A DNA stretch of 64,000 nt from the IMG/VR virus record IMGVR_UViG_3300042429_001351, one strand, 5' to 3'. Every line of letters starts with the position of its first letter. Position 1 is the stretch's first letter. The notes beneath the pieces were generated by a model. It did not search any database and was not told where the DNA came from. It worked only from the letters and a program-made list of their open reading frames with translations. The position numbers and the translations under genes were made by a program. This DNA comes from an uncultured virus (IMG/VR IMGVR_UViG_3300042429_001351) (taxonomy: Duplodnaviria > Heunggongvirae > Uroviricota > Caudoviricetes). This document shows, one piece after another, positions 10,301-19,800 of the stretch.

Positions 10301-13300
10301 CAACTCCTGTTCCCGTTATCTTTGCATTGTCCATCACTCTTTTGCGCAAAGATGGTTTTAGGTCGTTGATTAGGTTGTGGTCTTTTGTTGATTCAAAATC
10401 AGTTAATACCAAAAAGTTATGGAGATTGGTTTCTTCTATTCCGGCTCGCCTTGCGTCTGTTTTCGAAAGATTATCTATCCAACTAAGCAATTCGTCTTCG
10501 GTTAGTGGGTTTGTGTCGCCAACTGCTTTGCCTAATTTCTTCCTAAAACTATCTTCTCTGTAGTCCAGTTCTTTCTGCATTTCTGAAGAAAGAAGTGATT
10601 TGTCAAGAGCACTCAGTGTCGATGCGTCTGGTAGTTCTGGTCCTGTCGTGGTTTTGCTGAAACGCAATCCACTTCTAGTACTGCTGTTTGTAACAGAACG
10701 AACTCTCGCTCTTGTTGATGGTACTGCCTGCTGTTGCTGCTGGTTCGCTGGTCTTCTAAACCTACCTAAAACGCGTTGTATGAAAGTAGGTTTGGCATTT
10801 TGTGCTGGAGTTTGACTTTTTTGAATTTCATTTTTTATGTAATCGCTAGCAATGTATTTAACTTCATCGTTGCCATTTGCATCCGTGATTACGACAGCAG
10901 AAACAATGTGGTGCCCTTCGTCATCGAGAAAATGTGCCGTAGAGGAATTTGAATCTTCAATGTAGATTGGAGGCTGATACGGGTAGTTATTGTTTGGCTT
11001 AGGATTTCTCGTGCTGTATCTTATGGTGTTCCCTTTTGAATCCACCTGTTCAATCGTAAGACCAAAATTGGATACGGCACCCTGTGTCGGAGAAGGGCCA
11101 TTCGGGTCATTGAAAGCTTTTGACCACTCATCAATTATTTCTTGTAATTCTTTTTGATTAGCGTCATCAAAGGAATCTGGTAATAGAGGTTTTCTATTTG
11201 GGTCTGTCAAAAGATTGTTTAGCTCAAGTACGCCACCAAAGTTTGATTCATCTTTAGTCCATACCGAGGCAGGTACTCCCTGTGGTGGCATGAGGTCCTG
11301 GAGAAGGATGTCAATTCTTGGGTCTCCATTGTAGATATGGCGAGCGGAAAGGTTCATTGACGGTGAGACTCTTTGTCCACTTAGTCGTGGGTCGAGAGGA
11401 TAATTTTGAGGGGGCGATGCATAGTTGACTTCGTCTTGTGGATTTACTGGCTCTTGTCTAATTCTGCTAGCCATACGTCGCATGAACTTGGCTGCTCGTT
11501 CTCTCCGTGCGTCTGTGGCTCTTGGTCTTCTGCCCTGTAGTTCTCTGATTGCGCGTTCTGTGTCAGTTGGTGGAGGACCAAATATCCCAGTCGACTGACC
11601 GATTCTCTGGACGATTCCTGGAGTATTCGGTTTACTGCCACGATTTTTGCGTTTGTTGTTATTTTTTGGAGCCCTTACTTGTCCGCCAGCAATGCCAGCA
11701 CTTTGGCTCGTGTTGTTAATTTTTGAGATGCGTCTATTTTTTCTTCTATCTGGATTGACTAAATCATCTGCTGTTTGCCGCATTCGCCGAGCTATTGCTG
11801 CGCGCCTATTCGAACCTCGTCTGCCAGTTCCGGTTGAAAGCAGTTCATTAACTGTTTCCTCCCCAATTATTAAGGCGTCGTTTCTATCAAAGGGGTCTAA
11901 TCTTCTACCTATATCGGGATTCGGCTGCCTGCTTCCATCAGCCGCGAATTCAAATAAAAACTCTTTTGCTATGGATGAATTGTAATCAATTGCATACATC
12001 TCATTCGGGGTTATATAGGCAGGAATATTATTGTCAAAGTATCTATTAGCACTATCGGTGAGTTGTTGCGTAATTTGAGTCGACCTATTGCCAAGCCATT
12101 TCTGCGTATCTATCATTCCCTGGAAATCAAAAAATTCACCAGTTGCGTCATTGTAATAAATACCGTTATCAGCAATATCTAAAGGTATTGTTCCACCATT
12201 TGTTCTCAGCTCATCAGATATTAACTGGTCTGGTCTCGTATATTTTCTGTTAAAAGAATTTGCTGGCGACAGGAAATCTTCTGTTTCCTTTCGAGTGAGA
12301 ACTTTTGCCCCACTGTAGTTTGCTAGAGCATCACGATATGCATCTATAGTATCTATTTGTTTTTGATTGCCGTAAAGATTACTCGTCACTTTAGCTGTAT
12401 GGAGTATGTCTAGTCGTTCTTTTTGAGTTATGTAATCACCGATTACATTCGTTAGGTCGTATCCTGTTTTGCTTACATCTAATGGGTCACGCACCCCGAT
12501 AAGTTTGAGTTCGTTTACTACTTCGTCCGAATCAATCATCTCGTCAAGGTTTATCAACAAGCCATCTCCCAACAGAATGGAGCCATTGTTGGAAAGTTTC
12601 TTAGGAAGTATTCCGCCGGTGTGCCTGTATTCCAGTGGGATTTTCTTATCTCTTTTAAATTTATTGTCTTTGGGGTTTGGTGTAGAAGTTGGAATTCTTC
12701 TGGCTGCTCTGCGGGAAGTCGCCGTATTGAAAGCGTCATTTCTTATGTCGTTTCCGACACGCGCTATAACAGTTCCAGCGGCGATGCGAGCCCTGTCTCG
12801 ACGGGTCATGTCGGGATTGAGAGAACCATATACATCTCTTGCGGTTGGATTTGCGGCGCGGAGTTTTTCTTTTGCGGTGCGCTTATTTATTTTTTCAACA
12901 CGTCTCGCAGCACGACGCCCAAATTTTTCAACTCGTGCAATTCTTCTTTTTTCTGCCCCTGCTTCGAGTCTTTGTCCTGCTCTCAAAAGGGCTGGCTTGT
13001 CAATATTGCTTAGGTCGTCAGATGGTTTGGCAATGTCACGCAATGAAGCGCCAATCATCCCACGACCGATTCTTCTAACCATGCCGAAGGTACAACCAGT
13101 GCCGAGTCGGTTGGTGTACTGACCACCGAACGGAGTGTTGTCTGGACAGCGCCAGCCACCGCCGCCAGGCATATTTGTATCCCAAACAGCACGGACACCC
13201 TTCACCTGGAGTGTGAGGCTTGAATTTTTGCTGTCATGGATGAATGCTCTGGTTTTATAGTTGACTGCAATCTGCTTGTATGCAACATCAATAGACGCCA

Positions 13301-13724
13301 ATCCAATATCCGTAATTGGCCAATTAAGGATGTTTTCCTCTACCGAGTAATCATCCTCGATATTGAAATCATCACCAGTGGAACTATTTGCTGGAAAATA
13401 TGGTGGCGCGCTCTTGGTTTCGATGATTCGCATCAGAGCTTTTTTCGAAATTTCATTTTTCAGTTCAGCGAAGGTGTTCTGTGAAAATTTTTCCTCTATT
13501 GAGTCAATGTCAAGACTGCCAACATCTGACATTTCCCCAATCGTCAATGTTAAATCAAGTGATTCACGAATTGCTTCAATCGTCATTTTTTCATTATTGG
13601 CCCAGTTTGCCCAAACCTCTCCCTGGCCAAGTGCGCCAAATGCTATCGGCTCGCTGCTGGACAATACCAAAACGGCAAAAGTTTGCTTTGTTAGTTTGTC
13701 TTCAATTAATGCAACTTGTCTCAT
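7398..13724 (-). CDS. 2108 aa giant putative virion protein with C-terminal ADP-ribosyltransferase-like domain
   Basis: Long ORF; RCP-CX17C motif; Pro/Thr linker; C-terminal ISRGV...GRGEYWS...GYDGF...IIMLNRSS pattern resembles phage ART-like toxin domains. Confidence 0.65.
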   Translation of the reverse strand: MRQVALIEDKLTKQTFAVLVLSSSEPIAFGALGQGEVWANWANNEKMTIEAIRESLDLTLTIGEMSDVGSLDIDSIEEKFSQNTFAELKNEISKKALMRIIETKSAPPYFPANSSTGDDFNIEDDYSVEENILNWPITDIGLASIDVAYKQIAVNYKTRAFIHDSKNSSLTLQVKGVRAVWDTNMPGGGGWRCPDNTPFGGQYTNRLGTGCTFGMVRRIGRGMIGASLRDIAKPSDDLSNIDKPALLRAGQRLEAGAEKRRIARVEKFGRRAARRVEKINKRTAKEKLRAANPTARDVYGSLNPDMTRRDRARIAAGTVIARVGNDIRNDAFNTATSRRAARRIPTSTPNPKDNKFKRDKKIPLEYRHTGGILPKKLSNNGSILLGDGLLINLDEMIDSDEVVNELKLIGVRDPLDVSKTGYDLTNVIGDYITQKERLDILHTAKVTSNLYGNQKQIDTIDAYRDALANYSGAKVLTRKETEDFLSPANSFNRKYTRPDQLISDELRTNGGTIPLDIADNGIYYNDATGEFFDFQGMIDTQKWLGNRSTQITQQLTDSANRYFDNNIPAYITPNEMYAIDYNSSIAKEFLFEFAADGSRQPNPDIGRRLDPFDRNDALIIGEETVNELLSTGTGRRGSNRRAAIARRMRQTADDLVNPDRRKNRRISKINNTSQSAGIAGGQVRAPKNNNKRKNRGSKPNTPGIVQRIGQSTGIFGPPPTDTERAIRELQGRRPRATDARRERAAKFMRRMASRIRQEPVNPQDEVNYASPPQNYPLDPRLSGQRVSPSMNLSARHIYNGDPRIDILLQDLMPPQGVPASVWTKDESNFGGVLELNNLLTDPNRKPLLPDSFDDANQKELQEIIDEWSKAFNDPNGPSPTQGAVSNFGLTIEQVDSKGNTIRYSTRNPKPNNNYPYQPPIYIEDSNSSTAHFLDDEGHHIVSAVVITDANGNDEVKYIASDYIKNEIQKSQTPAQNAKPTFIQRVLGRFRRPANQQQQQAVPSTRARVRSVTNSSTRSGLRFSKTTTGPELPDASTLSALDKSLLSSEMQKELDYREDSFRKKLGKAVGDTNPLTEDELLSWIDNLSKTDARRAGIEETNLHNFLVLTDFESTKDHNLINDLKPSLRKRVMDNAKITGTGVDPVKRRPYTPYGPNRGNTPQTPGGGATSPVPVSPTPSAPPTPTSTPSTPPVPTPPIAPSVTPSAPVIPTTTPIPRAPGTGQTITPGVGNSALGIVFDTKSGLYIDTSTGEFVEDLSNLPIDQHSIYTPKPLVLDGGAGVGNIFPHIAVDTNNALTKGIPVLRVAPGVDPNTPSLDITVKPKTAAAKNHYIGVISSFRNAVRKRFEEHKKGGNKKISAQTEAPLSELSYIDTRGARVTNDVTQPVFPLLKDLDATIAVQLLQNAATSNELLDGANWLSRSITNASPTTTKLIADGAAYPNNAYLDAGSFNVERLGLDPNLPIGEFYLPDGSYRSRTTTAGMTIPINRALQLEHAANNPIPGSTQQEIDTLRQKANSAWLDAQRHISAVHATAVDARDNALSGWRRELSTNKRRNKGLQDIYIFQGAIAEQAAHLLEKHIVNNPPALAAIENAIRIGMEDRAKRSNERTRRVAARAAQGLPRAEGLYDNQPSILDPWNSPTPPQALRTASEIITIRDDHRAQTLFEFITHGAPATISDEQIDMLDVLGEIYDAGLANPNQPIVGPQGSRIAGIVYPDAGTAHLGAVWQFNGFNSFPVLASREEIIEMLKEVETDGQPRYVVISRGVGGKQRAPASVQLQMVNDALTGDRFIPGQGGNASGRGEYWSQSPSAWKSYHGHQGGSMVAVLSQESRLVNRKQFGSIFGGEGGGNSGESYEALWSLYNALGAPNAPNGTNSSHGQSSIYGIPVDSLKLNPNSKTLSSQQIVELDAHIDRLTAKGTPVAPGQRPDASWGAVTIEGMNRDGRLDRNMREALFPGISEAAAMSVDELREIEETKDLWNAWLQQRMTHVSDLVKMLEDESAGLQSATDNNKKIIRAIRSQLFMRGENIATMMGYDGFAAEGISDSSITPSQIWKHALNGSIGRIIMLNRSSMIMENKPIKDYTDYAPLLGAIQYPNGKTAQLSPSNWF

Positions 13725-15793
13725 TTAGGCAATAGTCCCAGCAACTGTTTAAATACTTTGGACGAGGATGTTAGCTGTTGAATTCTGTTCAAATATATTG
13801 CCTGGGTAATCTTTAGGTGAACCTTTTCCGCTTCCGACAACTTTCCATCTTTTGAAAGGTAGTCAGTAAACTTGCCGAAATCAAAATTGTTAGCGTCATC
13901 TATGAGTTTCTCGAATAACTCCATTGCTCTTTTTTTCTGCTTTTCTTGAAGTCCAAGAAAGTAATTTGTGTAAGTCGCGCGTTGTTTTTTATTGAAAAAT
14001 TCGTTAAGTGACATCTGCCTTCTTTGGCGCAATTCTGTGGTTGAAAGACCAGAGAATCCGGATGATGGATTTACCGAAGCTATTGCTCTGATTTGTCCGT
14101 CAATCCGCACCGGAGCAATATTTGAAGGGTTTCTATCTCGCGTATCCGTGAGGAAGTCCGATATTGCAATTCCTAGAATGTCTTCAGGGGGCATCATGTC
14201 TGCGGGTGTTTTTCTGATTTGTCGAGCAGTGCTGTCAACATCCTGCGCTTCAGCGAGCATATAGCTCCTTCTCTTTCCGCTTCCGGTAAGCCGAACCTTT
14301 GGAGCATTTAGACCCAATGAGCGCTGAACCTCTGATGCCAGTGCGGCGCCTAAGTGTTCAAAATCTTTTGTTGGTTGCACTTCAAAAACTGTTTGACCGT
14401 CTGCTCGTTCGTGAATTATTACTCCGTTTTTTATCTTTCCGGTCTTGTACATGGAGCTACGTTTTACGGCTTCTGCACGAATTGTTGCTGACAGGTTCTC
14501 TATCGAACCACCTGCGTTTAAGTGTCTAACAGCTGATGCAAGGTCGTCAATTTTTTCGGAATCCGGAAGTGGTTCTAGCTGTCCATCTGATGCTGATGAG
14601 CGGACTTTTGGTCCTTTCTTCTTAGCAAATATTTCATACTGCCATCTGCGCATTTGACGCTTTGCAGATTCTCCTGGCAGTTTTGCCATAATCATTTCGT
14701 TTGGATTATTGATACCCCTGAACTTCTCTTCATAGGAAATTCCATCGCCCATTTCCGAGGCAATAAACTCAAGCGCTGCGGTTGGGTTTTCGGCCGTGCT
14801 CATTTTTTGAGCTTGGCTAATCGTCTTGCCCAGTTTTCTGCGCTCTCCAACTGTTAGCGGGCGTGCTTTTGAGAGGCTCAATGTTGAGCCGCCTGGAAGA
14901 ACGTAGTAAACACTGTCGACTCCGGTGTTCGACAATAATCCCATCTCATCTTGACCGATAATGTTTGGTGTAAGTGCGGTTGTAATAAACGAGGCACCTT
15001 CCATGTCTCTGTTGTCTGGCACTGTTCTTAAGACTGCTGGAGAAACAACTGGCTGAAGAATAAATCCATCACGACGAACAAGACGCATGTACGGTTCGGT
15101 GACATTGGATAATTTTTCTACGATGTTTGATACTTCCCTAACCTTCAAAGCTCTATTAGCCGTTGAGACTTTTGGTATCTGTGGAGCTCTTGATTGTAGA
15201 ACCTCTCCTGACACAGAAAGAGAAGCAACTCCGCGCGAACTGCTTGCTTGTCCACGACCGGAGACGGCGTCTCGCAGCGCTCTTCCAATTGCTCTTCCGA
15301 TTGCGCCAGGAAGGTCAAATAGTTGTTTTCCACACGTTGAGCGTCTCTCATCGGTAAACCGTCCACCAAACTGATAACCCTCAGGACACCTAAATCCACG
15401 GGTTGGTTTGGTCGCCCTAAGCGGGTTAAGGCTTGGAAGTCGTAGATTTGGGCCGCCACCTGGTGTTAGTAGCGATGCGGCTATTGAGCGTTTTGGCGAA
15501 CGAAGCATTGTTAGATTGCCTGGAGTAACTGCGCTACCTAGGCCCTGTGCTGCCTGAAGAAGTCTGCTATCCGAAGAAACTTGACCGACCTTTACTTCGT
15601 ATCCACGCTTGCCTTCTTTTCTTTGCATCTTGCATTTAAAGTTGACTGCAGCATTTTTGGTGTCAGCAAAAGAAATTGGGCTCAGGAATATATTCGGTCT
15701 TGTTATTGCTAGTTCTGGCGATAAGTAACGAACCCTGTAAATCGGGTTTTCGGATTTTTCTCCGCAACAATCAGAAATCAAATAAGTTTGCAT
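13721..15793 (-). CDS. 690 aa protein with C-terminal HipA/PI3-4-kinase-like domain
   Basis: ALASEVQRSLGLNAPKVRL and ISDFLTDTRDRNPSNI resemble the D-x5-DRHxxN loop of HipA/PI3-4-kinase-like folds; N-terminal RCPEG CX17C motif; ATGA overlap with the next gene. Confidence 0.6.
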   Translation of the reverse strand: MQTYLISDCCGEKSENPIYRVRYLSPELAITRPNIFLSPISFADTKNAAVNFKCKMQRKEGKRGYEVKVGQVSSDSRLLQAAQGLGSAVTPGNLTMLRSPKRSIAASLLTPGGGPNLRLPSLNPLRATKPTRGFRCPEGYQFGGRFTDERRSTCGKQLFDLPGAIGRAIGRALRDAVSGRGQASSSRGVASLSVSGEVLQSRAPQIPKVSTANRALKVREVSNIVEKLSNVTEPYMRLVRRDGFILQPVVSPAVLRTVPDNRDMEGASFITTALTPNIIGQDEMGLLSNTGVDSVYYVLPGGSTLSLSKARPLTVGERRKLGKTISQAQKMSTAENPTAALEFIASEMGDGISYEEKFRGINNPNEMIMAKLPGESAKRQMRRWQYEIFAKKKGPKVRSSASDGQLEPLPDSEKIDDLASAVRHLNAGGSIENLSATIRAEAVKRSSMYKTGKIKNGVIIHERADGQTVFEVQPTKDFEHLGAALASEVQRSLGLNAPKVRLTGSGKRRSYMLAEAQDVDSTARQIRKTPADMMPPEDILGIAISDFLTDTRDRNPSNIAPVRIDGQIRAIASVNPSSGFSGLSTTELRQRRQMSLNEFFNKKQRATYTNYFLGLQEKQKKRAMELFEKLIDDANNFDFGKFTDYLSKDGKLSEAEKVHLKITQAIYLNRIQQLTSSSKVFKQLLGLLPK

Positions 15794-16457
15794 CTAGCGC
15801 CTCTGCTCTTGGTTTATTAACTTCATAACCATGTTCGTGCTCCCAGTTTCCATCATCACGCAAATAGTTGCAAAAATCAGGTTCCATATCTATGAAATCC
15901 TGGATAACTGTTATGGCATGATTCCAATCTGCCTCAGTTATTACCGGAGAGAATGGAGATTCGGTTCCTCTTACGCCCGCAAAAGCGAGCGACTTTCCAC
16001 CAGAACGAGAAGTTAGCTTTCTTAATCTATTATCAAATTCATCGTCTGACCAGAGCGAACCGGCAGTAACTTTCTTTAATTTTTTTTTGCAATTTTTCAT
16101 TCCCGGATGATGGCATCCCTCGTTGGGCCACAAACCAGTTGTTTCATGGTGCAGCCAAGCACAAATTCTTTCAAGTGGATAGAGCTCTGGGTGGTCTGCA
16201 AGAATAACTCTGCATCTACGGAATCCACCTTCACGCTTCATGATTGGTCTCCAGTAGCGAAGCAATCTCTCTAAGTTTCCACGTCGTGGTCCGCGCCCCT
16301 GGAGAACATCGCCACTGATATTTTCCTGGGGTATTACTGCACCTGCTGGTCCGCCAGCTTTTTCATCAATTGCTTGCTCCCCAGCCTTTTCGATTACTAT
16401 TTTACTAGTGAGTATTTGCTCGAATATGTCCACTGCCGCTCCGATTTTTGGTGACAC
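15771..16457 (-). CDS. Hypothetical phage head-region protein, 228 aa
   Basis: ORF with LERLLRYW...FRRC...CAWLHHETTGLWP Cys/His motif; TACAAT -10 and AGGGG RBS upstream of the GTG start. Confidence 0.7.
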   Translation of the reverse strand: MSPKIGAAVDIFEQILTSKIVIEKAGEQAIDEKAGGPAGAVIPQENISGDVLQGRGPRRGNLERLLRYWRPIMKREGGFRRCRVILADHPELYPLERICAWLHHETTGLWPNEGCHHPGMKNCKKKLKKVTAGSLWSDDEFDNRLRKLTSRSGGKSLAFAGVRGTESPFSPVITEADWNHAITVIQDFIDMEPDFCNYLRDDGNWEHEHGYEVNKPRAEALDANLFDF

Positions 16458-16508
16458 CCAATTTCCCCTGGTTTAATTGTACGCACAAAACCAGCGCGAT
16501 AAATAATG

Positions 16509-16859
16509 TCAAGACTTAATATGTTTATTGAAATATGTTTGCTTTGACGCTTTCTCCAGCGAACTCATGGATATTCGTACTTTTTCGTTATATGGGTTTG
16601 TCTCGGTTCGTCTTGGTATCAGTTTTATGAACTCTGACTGCCACTTTTGGTCCTCGAAGTCCATCGACCAAAGAAACTTCTGATAGTCGTTGTCTTTCAA
16701 TGGGACCACTTCTGGATTGGTCGCGATAAAGGACATAAACGAAACTGGTGCCTGACTCTTGCCATCGGAATAAATACCGTCAAACTTGTCCGCCCCAGAG
16801 ACGAAGTAGAGCTTGCCAGAGTCACCTACGTTTGCCACTAAGTGTTTTTCAATTGCCAT
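16509..16859 (-). CDS. Hypothetical protein, 116 aa (candidate immunity protein)
   Basis: Directly downstream of the 2470 aa gene; GAGG RBS. Confidence 0.7.
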   Translation of the reverse strand: MAIEKHLVANVGDSGKLYFVSGADKFDGIYSDGKSQAPVSFMSFIATNPEVVPLKDNDYQKFLWSMDFEDQKWQSEFIKLIPRRTETNPYNEKVRISMSSLEKASKQTYFNKHIKS

Positions 16860-16869
16860 AAAACGACCT

Positions 16870-19800
16870 CTATTTATCTTTCATCGTTGAGAGAATCGCA
16901 TAGAGCTTGACCATTGGAGGTATTTCATCAAGACTAACAGATTCCTGTTTTGCAGATTTAATTGACGAGCCAAGTCTCCCAAATATCGGTTTTACAATCT
17001 TGGAGGCAACATCTCTGATTTTTTCTGTCTCCTCAAAGTCGTACAGCCCACCATCAGCACCAGCTCTAAATTGTGGAACGATATCAAGGTCTTTATTCTG
17101 TCCGAAAAGCCACCATGCGCTAAATGCTTCAGCAAATTTTTCAGCGTTATTCGTAGCGCCGTACTTCGTTACCGATGATAGCTGACCAAAATCCTTTTCT
17201 AGCGATGTACTCCAACTAGAAGCATTATTTGACTTTCTTGATGCTAATGTATCGAGCACATGACCCATTTCGTGCACCATTACACCGTAAGCAAGACGTT
17301 TCGCCATCTCTTCTTTTTTTGCTTTGATTTTTAATTCATTTTCTGGCGTACGAGTTATTTTGTTGTTGTTTTCAAATTGCAAGAAGATGTCATGAACGCC
17401 ATGGTATTTTTTCCCAATTTGTGCTTTTAGATTTGATAATGCCTGTCCGCGCAATTTTGTATCCATTACAAATGTATCTGCTATTTCATCAGACGCATTG
17501 GAAATTCGCCCAACCGGTATTTCCATTTCAATTATTCCAGCATCATCGTCCATGGAGACAAAACCAAGGAGCCCTTCTTCATCGTTTGTGGTTAAGTCTC
17601 TTTTGACTCTAAAACGCATATCAGAAGCAGCTCTTCCGCCAAATAAATCTTCTGCATCAAAATTTGACAAAATGTCATCTAGGGCTTGAAGCGATGCAAA
17701 ATGCGCCGTTTTGTAGGAATCGCCCTCATCGAATATGTCGTCAATTTCCATTTCTAAATCGTATTTTTTTTTAAAATATTTGGTCTGCTCTGCGGCTGTT
17801 CTGCCAAATTTTGCTTCATGCTCCTTTGTAGATGCGACCTTAACCACACCAGACTTGTCGCGGCCATAAGGGAGTGTCTTGGGTCCTTTTTCAACTACCT
17901 CATCAAGCGTTCTACCTACCGACATTTCTCCCGTTAGCGAGCTCTCAACCACGGTATTGGGTTTTTTTTTAGTGCTCTGCGAAAGACTCATCGCGCCAGT
18001 TATTCCTGAGGCGATGTTGTCTTTATCCCCACCACCCTTTGCTTCACGCATGTCACTGATTATGTCTTCCATCTGCTTTTCAATTTTGTTTCTTATTGCT
18101 TCTTTTGCAGTGGTTTTTTTAGATGCTTTTTTATCGAAGGCTTTAGGGTCGAAAACGTTAAGTCCATATTTGTTAGTTATTGAAAGCTTTATGCCTTTTT
18201 TGTCCATTGACTTTCGCATGGCTTCTGCGGCTTCTAGTCTGAGGTATTTATCAACGTCCTGCTTCAGGTCGAACTCGGCTGCTCCAAAGCGGTTCATGCC
18301 TTTTTGAATTTTGTCAGGTATCACAAAGTCCCTTGGTGAGGAGGAAAGCATGTCTCTAATGATTTTTCGTTCTTCTTCGGTTGGATTGATTCTGTCCATT
18401 GCGGCATCGGAGATAATCTTTTCCTTAAGACCATTTAGGAAAGATTCGCTTTCCTTGATGTATGCGTCTTTGCCCATTGCCGAATTTGTTGCTGGAGAAT
18501 CAGGGTGACCGTCAATGAAGTTTTTTGGAATCGAATCGAATGGTATTTTTATTTCGTCAATATCGTCGGAGTTAAATCCCCCAGCAATAAACGCCTCACG
18601 TGGCTCCCACGAGCGACCTGGGCTTGTCGCGTACTTTTCTTTTCTATATGCGTCGTGGTTATTTTTAAAGCTATTGTATAGGTGCTCAATTATGTTTTCT
18701 GCACGGTTGTCAGTCTTGAAAGCAGCATCAACATGAGCCCTAGCAATCACTTCATTGTCTGAGCTGTTCATGCCGACTGGCTCAATATGGTTATTGAACA
18801 ACTCGCCGTTTCCGTACGCTGTTCTGTCAGCAACACCAGGGTTTAGAATAACTTCAGCGTTTCCAAAATTCCAGTCATTACCCCTAGTTCGCTTGGAGTG
18901 GGGAAAATCTACAAGGTTGGGGGAGTATCTTTCCGGATTCTCTTTACCACTGTTTTTGAGGAATTTATTAATGTCGCTCTGTTCTCTTTGAAGTTCATCC
19001 ATGTGTAGAACAAAACCCGATGCCGGACGTAACTCAACTGGGGTGTCTGGGTGTATGCCAATATCGGCTTCGTATTTTGCAAGTATCTTGTCGAGACCTA
19101 CAATCTCGTTTCTTTGATGGCTGTTCTTGAACCCGTTTTCAATAAGGTCTTTCAAGAATCTTCCAGGAACGTGCGTGCGAGGCTGTTTATCTAAACCCTC
19201 GTGGAAGTCAAGAATTGAAAACTCCAGTTCCTTCTTTAGCTCTTCGATTGGTGTTTCGTTTAGGTATCTGTGGAAATCTGGGTTAAGGCCATTGAGAGCA
19301 TTCTTAACATCAAATATGTTCTTCTTCCAGTCGTCGTCATTTGGGCCGTCTGGTGGAGGGGAGCCAGGTGGGGCAGCGGCAGCAGCCTGTGGTCCCTCTG
19401 AATTCGGAATGAAGTCAGTCTTAATCACGTCCTTCAACGCAGTAAGAACATTAATTCGTTCTTTGTTTCTGGCTTCCTTTGTCTCACTGATTAGCGTTGG
19501 TCCGAGCATCGTGTCGGCAGGGTTCAAATCTTTTATATAGCGCACACTTGTGTCTCCGCCAAAGTTTCCGCCAGGCCCATTGATTGAGCGCTTGATTTCT
19601 GCGGTCTTCCGATTTGATTTTCTAGTTGAAGATATTTTCATCGATGTTCGCATCGCGCCAGTTACACCGCTGCTACTTGATGATTGATAAAGAGGAGCGG
19701 ATAGAACCTTTTCTGGACTTGGGTCTATGCCTTCTTTTTTCAGCTTGACCGCTCTTGCCATAAGCGCATGTGCTGCTAGGTTGTAGTTTTCGGGTTGACG

